Positions 9,215-19,557 of a stretch of 64,000 bases of DNA are shown here, piece after piece. Within the stretch, counting starts at the first letter, position 1; the number at the start of each line of letters is the position of its first letter. Location: positions 1,280,001-1,344,000 of the forward strand of contig OY761611.1 of NCBI GenBank assembly GCA_963664875.1. Reading direction: 5' to 3'. The DNA is from Candidatus Kapaibacterium sp. (GTDB lineage: Bacteria; Bacteroidota; Ignavibacteria; Kapaibacteriales; UBA2268). The translations under genes were made by a program, and so were the position numbers. The notes under the pieces are model-generated. The model was given only the letters and a program-made list of their open reading frames with translations. It was not told where the DNA came from and did not search any database.

Positions 9215-11305
9215 ATGCAAGACTTAGAAAAATATCTCAACACAGCACGAAAAGCAGAACTTGATAATGTTCCTTTTGATAAGGAGAGCATTGACTCGAT
9301 GCTGCAAAAACACAGGGAAGCCGGCTCCCAAAACTTTTTCAAAAAGATAATATCAAAATACGGGAAGCTAAAAATGTATTCTATAATGACTTTTATAACA
9401 GCAACCATGCTGTTCCTTAGCTCTATGCTTTTAAATATTGATGGCGAAAACCCAACTGTTACAGCAAAAAATATTACTATAACTAACGGAAACGATACAA
9501 CTAACATCGAAAACTTCGCATCCACAGGCAAAAACGCAAAAGAAGTAGTGGAAGATTTGGTAAATGAAGTAGAAAAAGTTAAAACTGGTGAAGGTGGAGA
9601 TGATGGTGAATATATAGATGAAATCACTTTCAAAAATCAAGTTTTACAATCTGATACTATAATTGACAGAAGGATAGTAAGTAGGTTGTTAGATGAGTAC
9701 ATGGAGACTCATTCCTTCAAAGACACAACCATTACCTTCTATAGCACCTTAGGGATGAAAGACGAAAGTCTAATTAGATGGAAGGATTTGGAATTTGATG
9801 CTAAAACTTGGGAATTTAGTGCAAATATGAACTACTGCTTGCATATAAAATATGACAAAGATGCTCGTTCTTCTCTACGCAATACTAAAATTACCATTAC
9901 ACCTGAAGATTCAACGTTGATTAGAATCCATGGCGTACTTGAAAAAGAGCTATCTGATTTGGTAGATATACAATTCTTAAAATCACTTGGTTTTGTAGAT
10001 TTAGAAGTGTTTTATTCTTCTTTGTCTGAATATATTCAAAATATAGAATCAAAAACGAAAAATAAAAGTATACTTATGGAAGCTGTAAGTATGTTCGCTT
10101 ACTTGAATAGAAAGTTATTAAACAACCCATTTAAAGGCTATAAATTTAAAGATAGAGGTATAGTATTATCTAAAAATGACCTGCAAAATTTGGATATACA
10201 GATTTTGGAAGATCGTGTGCTTTTCCCATCTACTGAAATCTTTTGCGATGAAAAGCTTAAAACAGAATACTCAGAGATATATAGTGCACACTTTGGAGAT
10301 AGATTTACTCCTTTTGAAGATAGTAATAACAATATGGTAGTTTACAAGAATAGTGGCTATTCATGGAAATGGGTAGAAGGTACAGATACTAACTGGGAAA
10401 AAACTGTTCGTTATATCTATCATGGGTTTGAAAATGACAATGAAGATGATGAAATAAAAAAAGCAAGAATTGGAGGTTATATAGCAAAAGTATATAACAG
10501 TCCATTGGCTGAAAAAAGTATCGCAATTACTCCGGTAACTAATTCTATTGGCATCTCTGTTTCGCTACATCAAAAATATTTACATGATTCAAATCTGCAG
10601 GAACTTAAGGAATTATATAACTTAGGGACACAAAGAAGAATTACTTTTGATGCTCTGAACGATTATCTTGAAAAACCTATTTCTGAAAGAGACAGTAAAA
10701 AAGAAGAGGAATTAAAATTAGCAAGTACTACTGCTGAAATTTTAGCCGATAACGCTCTGCATACTCTACAATACTCAAAACTTATTCCTATAGAAATACC
10801 TGTGCCTTACGGGATACATACAGAGGAAGAGCTTGCAAATCGCGATTATTCAAGTATCACTTTGTGGTACTATCCGGATGCAAAATTCTTGGACGCACTA
10901 CCTGAAGACATTCGTAATCAGATTGTTCACGAGATGGATTTGATAGAATCTGTTATAGCAGGTGAATTGCCGGCAGACGAAGCCTGCAGCGCTCTTGGCG
11001 GAAAAGAATCACTACTTGGTCTTTGTAATCTGACTGAAATAGCTATTAAAGATTTTGTATCTGCTCCAAATCCAACAAGCGGCGATTGCAGAATAAGCTA
11101 TTCACTTTCAAAAGACAGATTTACAAAACTTATGCTTTTAGACAACTCAGGCAGATACGTAAGAGACATTAGTGATTGGACGAATCAGGCAGCAGGAAAC
11201 TATGATTTGAACATAAACATTAGCTCGCTTCAAAGCGGCAAATACATCATAGCGATCTTCACAAACAAAAACGAAAAAGTAAGTTTCAAGCTGATAAAGA
11301 AATAA
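9215..11305 (+). CDS. Putative anti-sigma-like membrane protein with C-terminal T9SS type A sorting domain
   Basis: ATG 1 nt after sigma stop; about 54-aa soluble N-terminus, one hydrophobic helix, large unknown domain, C-terminal APNPTSG...SSLQSGKYIIAI...KLIKK. Confidence 0.65.
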   Translation: MQDLEKYLNTARKAELDNVPFDKESIDSMLQKHREAGSQNFFKKIISKYGKLKMYSIMTFITATMLFLSSMLLNIDGENPTVTAKNITITNGNDTTNIENFASTGKNAKEVVEDLVNEVEKVKTGEGGDDGEYIDEITFKNQVLQSDTIIDRRIVSRLLDEYMETHSFKDTTITFYSTLGMKDESLIRWKDLEFDAKTWEFSANMNYCLHIKYDKDARSSLRNTKITITPEDSTLIRIHGVLEKELSDLVDIQFLKSLGFVDLEVFYSSLSEYIQNIESKTKNKSILMEAVSMFAYLNRKLLNNPFKGYKFKDRGIVLSKNDLQNLDIQILEDRVLFPSTEIFCDEKLKTEYSEIYSAHFGDRFTPFEDSNNNMVVYKNSGYSWKWVEGTDTNWEKTVRYIYHGFENDNEDDEIKKARIGGYIAKVYNSPLAEKSIAITPVTNSIGISVSLHQKYLHDSNLQELKELYNLGTQRRITFDALNDYLEKPISERDSKKEEELKLASTTAEILADNALHTLQYSKLIPIEIPVPYGIHTEEELANRDYSSITLWYYPDAKFLDALPEDIRNQIVHEMDLIESVIAGELPADEACSALGGKESLLGLCNLTEIAIKDFVSAPNPTSGDCRISYSLSKDRFTKLMLLDNSGRYVRDISDWTNQAAGNYDLNINISSLQSGKYIIAIFTNKNEKVSFKLIKK

Positions 11306-11330
11306 CACAATTTCAAAGTAAATTTTCCGG

Positions 11331-11367
11331 AAATGTAGAGGCGCAAAATATTACCGCCTCTGCATTT
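11331..11367. terminator. Palindrome between convergent genes (bidirectional terminator or GTAG-REP-like)
   Basis: aaatgtagaggcg-caaaatattac-cgcctctgcattt. Confidence 0.6.
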
Positions 11368-11409
11368 AATTTTTTGAGCGTAAATTGTCTTAAAAATAAG
11401 CCAATTTAT

Positions 11410-12009
11410 TTATCCTATAAATCCCTTATCATTGATTTTTTCAAGTAAATACTTTGCCTCTGCTTCATCTAAGCCTGAAGCAAATAGTATTGTTTTAAAT
11501 CCGTAATCGAATTTGAGAGAACCCGTAGTAGCCATACCCGGAAAACTGAAATTTGACAAATTTCCCAAAAACGGGAAACTTGATATAGAAGTATTTAATT
11601 GTATATTTTTGATTTCTTTAATATCGTAAGACTTATCAGGTGAAAATATTGAATATTTCTTTGCGATGCTCAGCTCTTCTCTGTTTATTTTGATAATTTC
11701 TTTACCTTTAAACATCCAAATCCAGCTTTTTAAAGCAAAAAAGCCTCCAAAAGTCCAGGCTACAAACCAGAAAGAAAGAAAAATATATTCAAAAGACAGT
11801 ACTCCAAAGCTATCTAATCCACCCACCGAAAAATGCAATACTGCACCCAAGAGCATAACTAAAACTGATAATTCTCCAAACAACCACATACATAACCAAA
11901 ATGACAGGAACAGAAAAACAAAAATATTCCTTTTGACAGGTATCTCTATTGTTAAATCTCTTAATGTTTCTTCTACTTTTGCACGACCTGCGTAAGGCGA
12001 CTCTTTCAT
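11410..12009 (-). CDS. Hypothetical membrane protein
   Basis: Two Trp-rich TM helices (FLSFWLCMWLFGE, FWFVAWTFGG), C-terminal FDYGFKTILFASGLDEAEA. Confidence 0.7.
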   Translation of the reverse strand: MKESPYAGRAKVEETLRDLTIEIPVKRNIFVFLFLSFWLCMWLFGELSVLVMLLGAVLHFSVGGLDSFGVLSFEYIFLSFWFVAWTFGGFFALKSWIWMFKGKEIIKINREELSIAKKYSIFSPDKSYDIKEIKNIQLNTSISSFPFLGNLSNFSFPGMATTGSLKFDYGFKTILFASGLDEAEAKYLLEKINDKGFIG

Positions 12010-12044
12010 ATCTTAGTCCTTATAATGATAATGTTAAATTCCAA

Positions 12045-15000
12045 CTACAGCTTCCCGTAGCCGTTCACACCTGCCTGAATCATCAGACCGGCTGCTCGCT
12101 CTGCCTGTAGAGTGAATGTTTCTATTCTGGCTTCGATAACCTGCGGGTAAACGTTCCCATCTGTTTCTATTGTAAGGAACGGGATATTCATATTCCCGTT
12201 AAATATTTCTGACATACGGTAGCTCGGGTTATGCGTTTGCATGATTTCTAATTTCTTAGCGACTGTCATTTCCGGTGCTGTTATAGCTTCGGAAAATCTT
12301 GTTGGCATACATCCAAAAGGTCCAATATTAATAACACCGCAGTATTTATCTAATGTTTCATGCAGTGCCACACCCAAAGTCAAGCCCGGCTCGCCTTTAT
12401 ACTCCAAAGGAAGAATGTGCTTGCTATGGTCAAGTAGAGGTGCTATCTCAGTTTTCATATACTGATAGTAACCCGATTTTTCGAGTATTTTCTTGACTTT
12501 TTTCTCAGCACCGCGCATAAAGTACTCACGTACAAATCTTTCAAATTTCTTTTTGATAGACTTGTCCGGCTCGAGCAAATTGATTTTCAGCAAATAATCT
12601 ACATAGAAAACCCACTCACTTATGTAAGCATCTTTTACTACAAAGCCCTTTTTAGCAAAGTGTTTATTGAGCCACTTATGAGAGAATCCGTCTCTTCGGA
12701 CATATATCTCCCCTACTAAAGCTACATATTTGGAGTGATGAATAGGTATTCGTGCAGCAACTTTTGCTTTAATATTTTTTGATAAAGTCTCTAATGAAGA
12801 GTAGAGAGAGCCTTTGTCTTTGACAAAGTTTGCTTTTACTTTTTCGTATTCTTCGTAAAATATCTCCAATCCTTTGTCAGGGTCAACTGCATTTGCCATA
12901 ATCGCAGAGCGAACATCATCAAGCACATCACTAACAATAATCGCCTGAATAGCAATTTTAGAGAAGTCACTACCAAAACCGGCAAAACCGTCTTCATTCA
13001 TCAGTGTTACCTGAGCAACATTTTCTAATTTTTTGCTACGAATGACATGGCGCATAAAAACAGGATACTGTCCTAAACGGCAATTCCCTGCACCCTGCAC
13101 ATTGAAGAATGCAACGTATTTCTCATCTCTGCGGTGATTTTCAAGCCAGTCAAGCATACCGCCAGCCATTAGCACTATCGGCAAACACTCTTTACCATTC
13201 GCTACAGAACGACCGTATTTCAGAACTTCCGGTGTAGCTTCCGGTAGAGCATGAGCATTATATCCTATAGCTCTGAAAGCAGCGGCTACCATCTCAGAAG
13301 CCAAATCACCCATCGATGGTATCAGAATAGCAACTTCAGGACTTTCCAATGGTATTTTTTTGCCGTCGCTCGCAATAAACCATGACTGCTTGTCATCGAG
13401 TATAACATCTGCAATTTGGAAATCATCTTTTTTATCTTCTATTTTTTGCTGCTGCATTTTGCGATAATTCGATATTACATCTAAGGCAGCATCTATTCTC
13501 GTATTTATGCCCGCATCTGCCGTGTGTCCGTCGAGTTCTAAGGTAAGTGAAGGTTTTGTACCCATCATCTCCCTAAACGTCGTTAAAAGCATTGAATCAG
13601 GGCCACAAGAGAAATTAGAAATATAAGTCGCAAATAGTTGAGGGTGTTCCTGAACTATTTTAGCTGCTTTTAAAATTTTCTTACCGCCTTCCCAATACAT
13701 ATTATCTTCAATCGGCAAATCGCGATAATCAAATAAATCAAAAGGAACTACATATACACCTTTAGAAGAAAATTTGCGAGGAATACCTTTGTTCGCAGTA
13801 TCAGTGAAAGCATTATAAGGTCTGCCAAGTATCACAATAGCAGTTCTTTCGGGGTCTTCTTCCAACATGGCTAGGAACTTACCACCAAGTTTGCGTTTTT
13901 CAGCTTGATATTCATATTGAATTTTTACTGCTTCTTCGAAAGCTTTGTCAATCCTGCTGCGGTCTGAAACACCCATTTTAAGGGCAGATTCTATAAATCT
14001 TTCCTTCTCTTTTTGCAATCCGTTAGCAAAGTTGAGATGCGGAGCTATTACCTTATCTAAATCAACTAAATCTTTGAAAGCCTGTTTAAGATAATATGTT
14101 TCTCCGGACAAAAACACACATGTACAATTAAAATCAAGCCTTTGGTATGTACCTTCTTCAACCTGCATCTCAAAAATCGACGGAATAAAATAATAATCAG
14201 GATTTAGATCAATCAACTCACGAAAATACCCCAATGATAACTGAGCAGGGAAGCAGAATGATGTAGCTTCTCTCTCCTGTCCCTCAGGATGAAGTTTCTC
14301 AGGGAGAACGACTTTAAAACCAAGCTTCGAAAAGAAATTAAAGTAAAGCGGATAAAGGCTATGAGTATGGAAACTTAAATTTATTCCTACAGTCGGAGCA
14401 TTGTCAGGTAGATTTACACTCTCGCAGAATGATTCATAAGTAAGCTCATTTCTTCTTTTAACATAGTCAAATTCTGTTATTTCTGAGCGCTCACCTGAGA
14501 GATTATAATACTTATCGCAAGCACCACCGAAAGGATATGTTTTCCCGTCAATTTCTATTCTTGCGATACTGCATTTTAAATCACATTTTTCTTTACCACC
14601 GGCACAAATAAAGTTCTCTTTATAGCTAACTTCTCGTTGAGACAGAGCCGACAGGTCAAACTCTTTCTTTGGCATAATCCCCAGTTCAATTCGCTCCGCT
14701 ATGCCCAGAGCCACACCAAAAGCCCCCATCAGTCCCGGGTCCGGTGGCACAATTATATCTGCACCTGTGAGAGCAGCCATTGCAACCGGAATCGCTTTAT
14801 TATAACATACACCGCCTTGCATAAATATCTTATTTCCGATATTTCTGTTGCCTTTTACTCTATTTACATAGTTCATGCAAATAGAATAAACCAATCCGGC
14901 AACTACGTCTTCCTTACTGATACCTTCCTGCATTGCTGTTTTAATGTCCGAACTGATAAAAGCAGCACACTGGTCGCTAAAGTTTGGAGGACGCTTAGCA

Positions 15001-16376
15001 GAAAAAGCGATGTCTTGTATCTCTTTTACATTTATCCTTAATGCCTCGTAGGCAGCTTCTTCTATAAATGAGCCTGTACCAGCAGAGCAGGCTTCATTCA
15101 TAGCATAATCAGCAGGAACCTGATTAACGATATAAGTATATTTTGCGTCCTGGCCGCCAATTTCAAAGATTGTATCTACATCTTTGTCAAAATGGACAGC
15201 AGCGTTGGCGTGAGCAATAATTTCATTTATAATACCATCAGTGCCGGCATGCAAGCCGGCAATATGTCTTCCCGAACCTGTAACACCAACTCCAATAATC
15301 TTTGCATCATTGCCAACTTCTTCTAAAATTGTTTTATAGCAGTCTCTTGCTGCACGAATAGGGTCACCGGATGTGTAAAGATATATAGAAGAGATAATTT
15401 CTAGATCTGTAGTGTCTATCAGAACAGCTTTAGTTGTAGTTGAGCCAACATCGAGCCCAAGAACATATTTTTTGGCGACATCATAAGTGCCACGCTTTGC
15501 ATCGCTGAAAGTAACTTTATCTTTGAAATTATCTAATGGCTTTAAAAAGTCGAAAGAGCTTTGAGCTTCGATAAATACTTCATCAGTTTCCTGAAGTGTA
15601 GATGTATCGTGCTCAGCAGCATAGATAGCAGCACCAAGAGCTTCTAAATATGGAGCTTCTTCAGGAATAAATAAATCAGAATATGATTTTTTTAGGTAGC
15701 TCATTACTGAAGCATTTTGGCTAATACCGCCGGCAATGAGAATAGATTCGCTATTGAGTTTCGCCATTAGTTCATCAGCTTTGTCAGCTATCATTTCACA
15801 TAGACCGGCTGCAACTTCGCCTTTAGGAATACCTTTGTTTAGGGCATGAGTGCAATCAGACTTACAAAAAACAGAACATCTGCCCGACACATGAAAAGGC
15901 TCTTTATCGCGACTAATTTGCATAGTCTCCTCGAGCGACAAATCCATTCTTTTGATTTGCTGCATAAAGAATTCGCCTGTTCCTGAGGCACATTGATTCT
16001 TAGTATGAACATTGGATATATGTCCTGTGGCATCGAGACTGTAAACCATAAAGGTTTCGCCACCGAGTGAGGCTACACCGTCGAACTTTTTATCTTTAAA
16101 ATAAAATTGTAAAGCTGATTCTGTTGCTTCCGGTTCCGAGATATTAGCAATATTCAAAATATTACGGAATTTTCTGCCTGTGGCAGCAATAGGATATTTT
16201 GATGAGTATTTCGAGTTTAATATATCTAAAAGTTTGTGTTTGGGGTCGCCATTATGAGCCATATTTTCTGCATCAATAACAGAATAACTATTATCTTCGT
16301 TTCTTTCAACTAAACAATATGATACGGATGAAGCACCGAGGCAAACACCAAAAGCTCTTGTCATAACACAAACCAT
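12045..16376 (-). CDS. 2-hydroxyacyl-CoA dehydratase activator-like fusion (two BadF/BadG/BcrA/BcrD ATPase domains plus DUF2229-type regions)
   Basis: CASGTG/CSVFC and GLDVGSTTTK, EIGGQDAK, NEACSAGTG, QCAAF; CFP, FSCGPD, GKECLP, GPFGCMP in the C-terminal half. Confidence 0.88.
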   Translation of the reverse strand: MVCVMTRAFGVCLGASSVSYCLVERNEDNSYSVIDAENMAHNGDPKHKLLDILNSKYSSKYPIAATGRKFRNILNIANISEPEATESALQFYFKDKKFDGVASLGGETFMVYSLDATGHISNVHTKNQCASGTGEFFMQQIKRMDLSLEETMQISRDKEPFHVSGRCSVFCKSDCTHALNKGIPKGEVAAGLCEMIADKADELMAKLNSESILIAGGISQNASVMSYLKKSYSDLFIPEEAPYLEALGAAIYAAEHDTSTLQETDEVFIEAQSSFDFLKPLDNFKDKVTFSDAKRGTYDVAKKYVLGLDVGSTTTKAVLIDTTDLEIISSIYLYTSGDPIRAARDCYKTILEEVGNDAKIIGVGVTGSGRHIAGLHAGTDGIINEIIAHANAAVHFDKDVDTIFEIGGQDAKYTYIVNQVPADYAMNEACSAGTGSFIEEAAYEALRINVKEIQDIAFSAKRPPNFSDQCAAFISSDIKTAMQEGISKEDVVAGLVYSICMNYVNRVKGNRNIGNKIFMQGGVCYNKAIPVAMAALTGADIIVPPDPGLMGAFGVALGIAERIELGIMPKKEFDLSALSQREVSYKENFICAGGKEKCDLKCSIARIEIDGKTYPFGGACDKYYNLSGERSEITEFDYVKRRNELTYESFCESVNLPDNAPTVGINLSFHTHSLYPLYFNFFSKLGFKVVLPEKLHPEGQEREATSFCFPAQLSLGYFRELIDLNPDYYFIPSIFEMQVEEGTYQRLDFNCTCVFLSGETYYLKQAFKDLVDLDKVIAPHLNFANGLQKEKERFIESALKMGVSDRSRIDKAFEEAVKIQYEYQAEKRKLGGKFLAMLEEDPERTAIVILGRPYNAFTDTANKGIPRKFSSKGVYVVPFDLFDYRDLPIEDNMYWEGGKKILKAAKIVQEHPQLFATYISNFSCGPDSMLLTTFREMMGTKPSLTLELDGHTADAGINTRIDAALDVISNYRKMQQQKIEDKKDDFQIADVILDDKQSWFIASDGKKIPLESPEVAILIPSMGDLASEMVAAAFRAIGYNAHALPEATPEVLKYGRSVANGKECLPIVLMAGGMLDWLENHRRDEKYVAFFNVQGAGNCRLGQYPVFMRHVIRSKKLENVAQVTLMNEDGFAGFGSDFSKIAIQAIIVSDVLDDVRSAIMANAVDPDKGLEIFYEEYEKVKANFVKDKGSLYSSLETLSKNIKAKVAARIPIHHSKYVALVGEIYVRRDGFSHKWLNKHFAKKGFVVKDAYISEWVFYVDYLLKINLLEPDKSIKKKFERFVREYFMRGAEKKVKKILEKSGYYQYMKTEIAPLLDHSKHILPLEYKGEPGLTLGVALHETLDKYCGVINIGPFGCMPTRFSEAITAPEMTVAKKLEIMQTHNPSYRMSEIFNGNMNIPFLTIETDGNVYPQVIEARIETFTLQAERAAGLMIQAGVNGYGKL

Positions 16377-16392
16377 CCAAGTTTAAAACAAA

Positions 16393-17244
16393 TTACCTAA
16401 CGGCTTCCCATTCCTTAGAAACCGATTTATTGAAGAGCATCACAGTGATTGAGTTCAAAGTCCAATAGAAAATAGTTTTAAGATAGCCGTATTTTCTAAA
16501 CCTGCGTGGTGATTCATATACCTGTATGTCATGTGCAAATTTGATTTTTGCAACTTTAGCAATACGTCTGTAAAGGTCGAAGTCCTCACCTGCTACTATA
16601 TCGTTGTTATATCCGTTGACTCTGTCAAATACTTCTTTTTTGATTACCTGACACTCTCCCCTGCCCATACCCATGCCAACTTTATTCAGCAAATCAACAT
16701 AAGTATTATGCAAAGTGTAAAATACTTTATCTTTAAAAAGGATTTCGTCAGGAAAACCGGTTACACTAATCGCAAGAGCGTCGGCTTTGGCATATTTGCC
16801 CTTACCTTGTCTCCATTCTTCTATCTTAGTAAAGAACTGCTCTGCATCAACAGGAATTGAGTCTCCGTTTATAAAAACCAAAGTATCAGTAGAAGCGACC
16901 TCAGCACCTCTGTTTCTTCCTTCGGCAATTGTCTGTCTTCTATCTTCAGTGTGAACTACCACTTTATCAGCATATTTTTCAGCTAATTTGACTGTGTTGT
17001 CAGTACTTCCGCCATCACTTACAATAATCTCGAAACCGAACTTTTTCCTCAATTCATCATTATAAAACTGAAGATTTTGCTCGATAAGCTTTTCCTCGTG
17101 ATACACAGGGATAACTAAGCTCATCTTAAAAGCTGTTTTTTTTGATATTTCAGCGAATTTGCCGGGTACTGTATTTGGAACAGTTATATCTCTATATTTT
17201 CCGGTTTCAAAAGTCAATTTTGCCTCTGTTTTCTCTTCATTCAA
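16393..17244 (-). CDS. Glycosyltransferase family 2
   Basis: SLVIPVYHEE, SDGGSTD, GRNRGA, GEDFDL, SPRRF. Confidence 0.88.
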   Translation of the reverse strand: MNEEKTEAKLTFETGKYRDITVPNTVPGKFAEISKKTAFKMSLVIPVYHEEKLIEQNLQFYNDELRKKFGFEIIVSDGGSTDNTVKLAEKYADKVVVHTEDRRQTIAEGRNRGAEVASTDTLVFINGDSIPVDAEQFFTKIEEWRQGKGKYAKADALAISVTGFPDEILFKDKVFYTLHNTYVDLLNKVGMGMGRGECQVIKKEVFDRVNGYNNDIVAGEDFDLYRRIAKVAKIKFAHDIQVYESPRRFRKYGYLKTIFYWTLNSITVMLFNKSVSKEWEAVR

Positions 17245-17280
17245 ACATGTAATTTACTAAAAAAAGAAATATCAATAAAG

Positions 17281-18324
17281 TTATAACTCAAAAGGATAGA
17301 ACAGGAAGTATTTTGTTCCGCTGTCTCCAAATGATATGGCAGGAGCCGGAAATTTTAAATAATTAGCACTTTGTCGTAACCAATTCCAAAATGAGCCCTT
17401 CGCATCTGGAATCAAATGTACCAGATTATAATCTAAAGCAATAATAAATCTTCTGTCTCCCCAAGCTTTGTCACTAACTTTCAATGATTTTTCAGGATCG
17501 TAAGGTTCGGTTGAACCCGGTGCATAAAGATTACGAGCCGCATAACCTATACTTAATTCTAACCATTTAGGCCAATAGGATTTCATGGCTTTAGGCAATA
17601 GATTATGCACATTTATTGATAGCCACATAGTGTGAGAGCTATAATTATCTATAAATTGATCATGAGGAACTCTATCGTTTTGACCGTGCCATTTGGGCGG
17701 CATATAGGAAAACTTAGGAGTAAAATTTTGCAGAAAAGGAGAATAGTACTGCCCTATAAAAAATGCAGCACCTGCAATATCACAATAAAAATCAGAAGGT
17801 GAAAATCCCCAATTAGCTCCGTACCCATCCAATATTTCAATGTATGTGTTATAAGCAAGCCCCATTACACCGCCCCAAATTGTGGCAGCCTCCCAGGATA
17901 GCCCTGCCTGGAGCAAGCCTTCGCTCATGAAATATCCCATATAGTAAGTCCCGAAAAAATGTCCTGCTTTATCAGCCCAAAGAGCATATTCCCCATCTTC
18001 CATAATTCTAAAACTTGTCTGTTCTGTCCATATAGTTTCCATTTGCCACTTGTGTTGCAAATAAAAAAAAGTACCATAAACAGCACCAAATCCTGCAAGG
18101 TTCCAAGGTTTTATATCAGTATAGCGTAACGGCAAATCACCAGTAACAGTATATCTGGGCATATTTGCATAGAAAAATTCTTCAGGTGTTATTTTTTTTG
18201 TAGAATCAGTAAAAGTTCCTAATTTTGGTTTGTTAATTTCAGTATCTTGAGTCCCATCAGAAGCATATATTTCTATTTGAATCAAAATTAAAATTAGAAG
18301 CAAGTATTTAAGTATTTTACGCAT
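17281..18324 (-). CDS. DUF2279/YfiM-like exported protein
   Basis: Signal peptide, DKAGHF, IEILDGY, WGFSPSD, DNYSSHTMWLS, WPKWLELSIGY. Confidence 0.75.
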   Translation of the reverse strand: MRKILKYLLLILILIQIEIYASDGTQDTEINKPKLGTFTDSTKKITPEEFFYANMPRYTVTGDLPLRYTDIKPWNLAGFGAVYGTFFYLQHKWQMETIWTEQTSFRIMEDGEYALWADKAGHFFGTYYMGYFMSEGLLQAGLSWEAATIWGGVMGLAYNTYIEILDGYGANWGFSPSDFYCDIAGAAFFIGQYYSPFLQNFTPKFSYMPPKWHGQNDRVPHDQFIDNYSSHTMWLSINVHNLLPKAMKSYWPKWLELSIGYAARNLYAPGSTEPYDPEKSLKVSDKAWGDRRFIIALDYNLVHLIPDAKGSFWNWLRQSANYLKFPAPAISFGDSGTKYFLFYPFEL

Positions 18325-18441
18325 TTTTATACTCGTTTTTTGGTATGATATTTGTTAAGTATTTAGATAAGTTCTTATTTTACATATAGTAGTGTTGGTA
18401 CAGGAAAAAGTTCATTTACTAATTTAACAAAAATATACGTC

Positions 18442-19542
18442 ATGAAAGCACAGGGAAACATAATAAAAAAATACAGAGAGCAGAAAGGTCTCAGTATTAA
18501 AGAAGTAAGCGAGAGAACCAAAATCAGACCTTACATAATTGAAGCATTAGAAGCAGGAAATTTTGCTATTATGTCTCCTATTTATGTGAAATCATTTTTG
18601 AAAACACTTGCTCAATTTTTGGAATTTAATCTTTCTGAGATAGAGCTTACGGTGCAATCATCGAACGAGCCCCAGACACAGCCTGCTATCGTAAAAGAAC
18701 CTATCAAAGAAGCTCCGAAAGAGGTAAAGCAGCCTGAGCAAACTGCAGCTGAAGAAGTAAAAATTATCACTCCGATAGAAGCAGAAAAAGAAAAATATAA
18801 GAAGAAGAAACCTGCAAAGCCGGCAAAAACTATATCTTTTGATGACGAAAACCCGGGAACACCTAATCATCCAAAACAATCTGCTGCAACTGACTATGCA
18901 GCAATGTTTAAAAAAGCAAACAAACCACAAATAAGTACTACGCAAATAATAAATTACTCTGCTGTAGCTGCAATATTTGTAGCTTTAGTACTGATTATTT
19001 ACTTTACTTTTTTTGATGAAGGTCCTCAATCTGAAGCAACCGCAATCATTCAGGATCAAATTGCCAGCGAAATTGACACTACCATAATAGGTGGCGAAGA
19101 CAAAGGCTTACTCAATTATTTTGAAGAACCTGACAGTCTTACTCTTGAAGCTGAAGCAATAGAGGACTGTTGGATGAGAATAGAAATGGATGGTGAAAGA
19201 ATGGAAGAGCTCACTATAAAAGCCGGACAAATTAAAACATGGAAAGCTTATGAGTTTTTCTCGATTAGCCAGGGCAATGTAGGCGGTGTCGTTTTCAAAC
19301 GCAACGGCAAACTGCTCGAACCATTCGGAAGTAGAAGCAGTGTCGTGCGAAACATAAAAATCACAAAATCTGCTGTGCTAAATGCCAACAAAGAGGCACA
19401 GGATTCTATTCGCCAGAGATACAAGCTGATTCGTAAAAATTCAAATACTTCAAACGTACCTAAAATGATTCAGCCTGCTACTATCAAAACAGTTGATCCC
19501 GCACAGCTTATTGATAAAAAAAATAAAGAGGGAAATCAATAA
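18442..19542 (+). CDS. RodZ-like protein (HTH, TM helix, DUF4115-like domain)
   Basis: REQKGLSIKEVSERTKIRPYIIEALEAG HTH, YVKSFLK, single TM, DCWMRIEMDG...GNVGGV. Confidence 0.8.
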   Translation: MKAQGNIIKKYREQKGLSIKEVSERTKIRPYIIEALEAGNFAIMSPIYVKSFLKTLAQFLEFNLSEIELTVQSSNEPQTQPAIVKEPIKEAPKEVKQPEQTAAEEVKIITPIEAEKEKYKKKKPAKPAKTISFDDENPGTPNHPKQSAATDYAAMFKKANKPQISTTQIINYSAVAAIFVALVLIIYFTFFDEGPQSEATAIIQDQIASEIDTTIIGGEDKGLLNYFEEPDSLTLEAEAIEDCWMRIEMDGERMEELTIKAGQIKTWKAYEFFSISQGNVGGVVFKRNGKLLEPFGSRSSVVRNIKITKSAVLNANKEAQDSIRQRYKLIRKNSNTSNVPKMIQPATIKTVDPAQLIDKKNKEGNQ

Positions 19543-19557
19543 AAGATTATATTTCGG

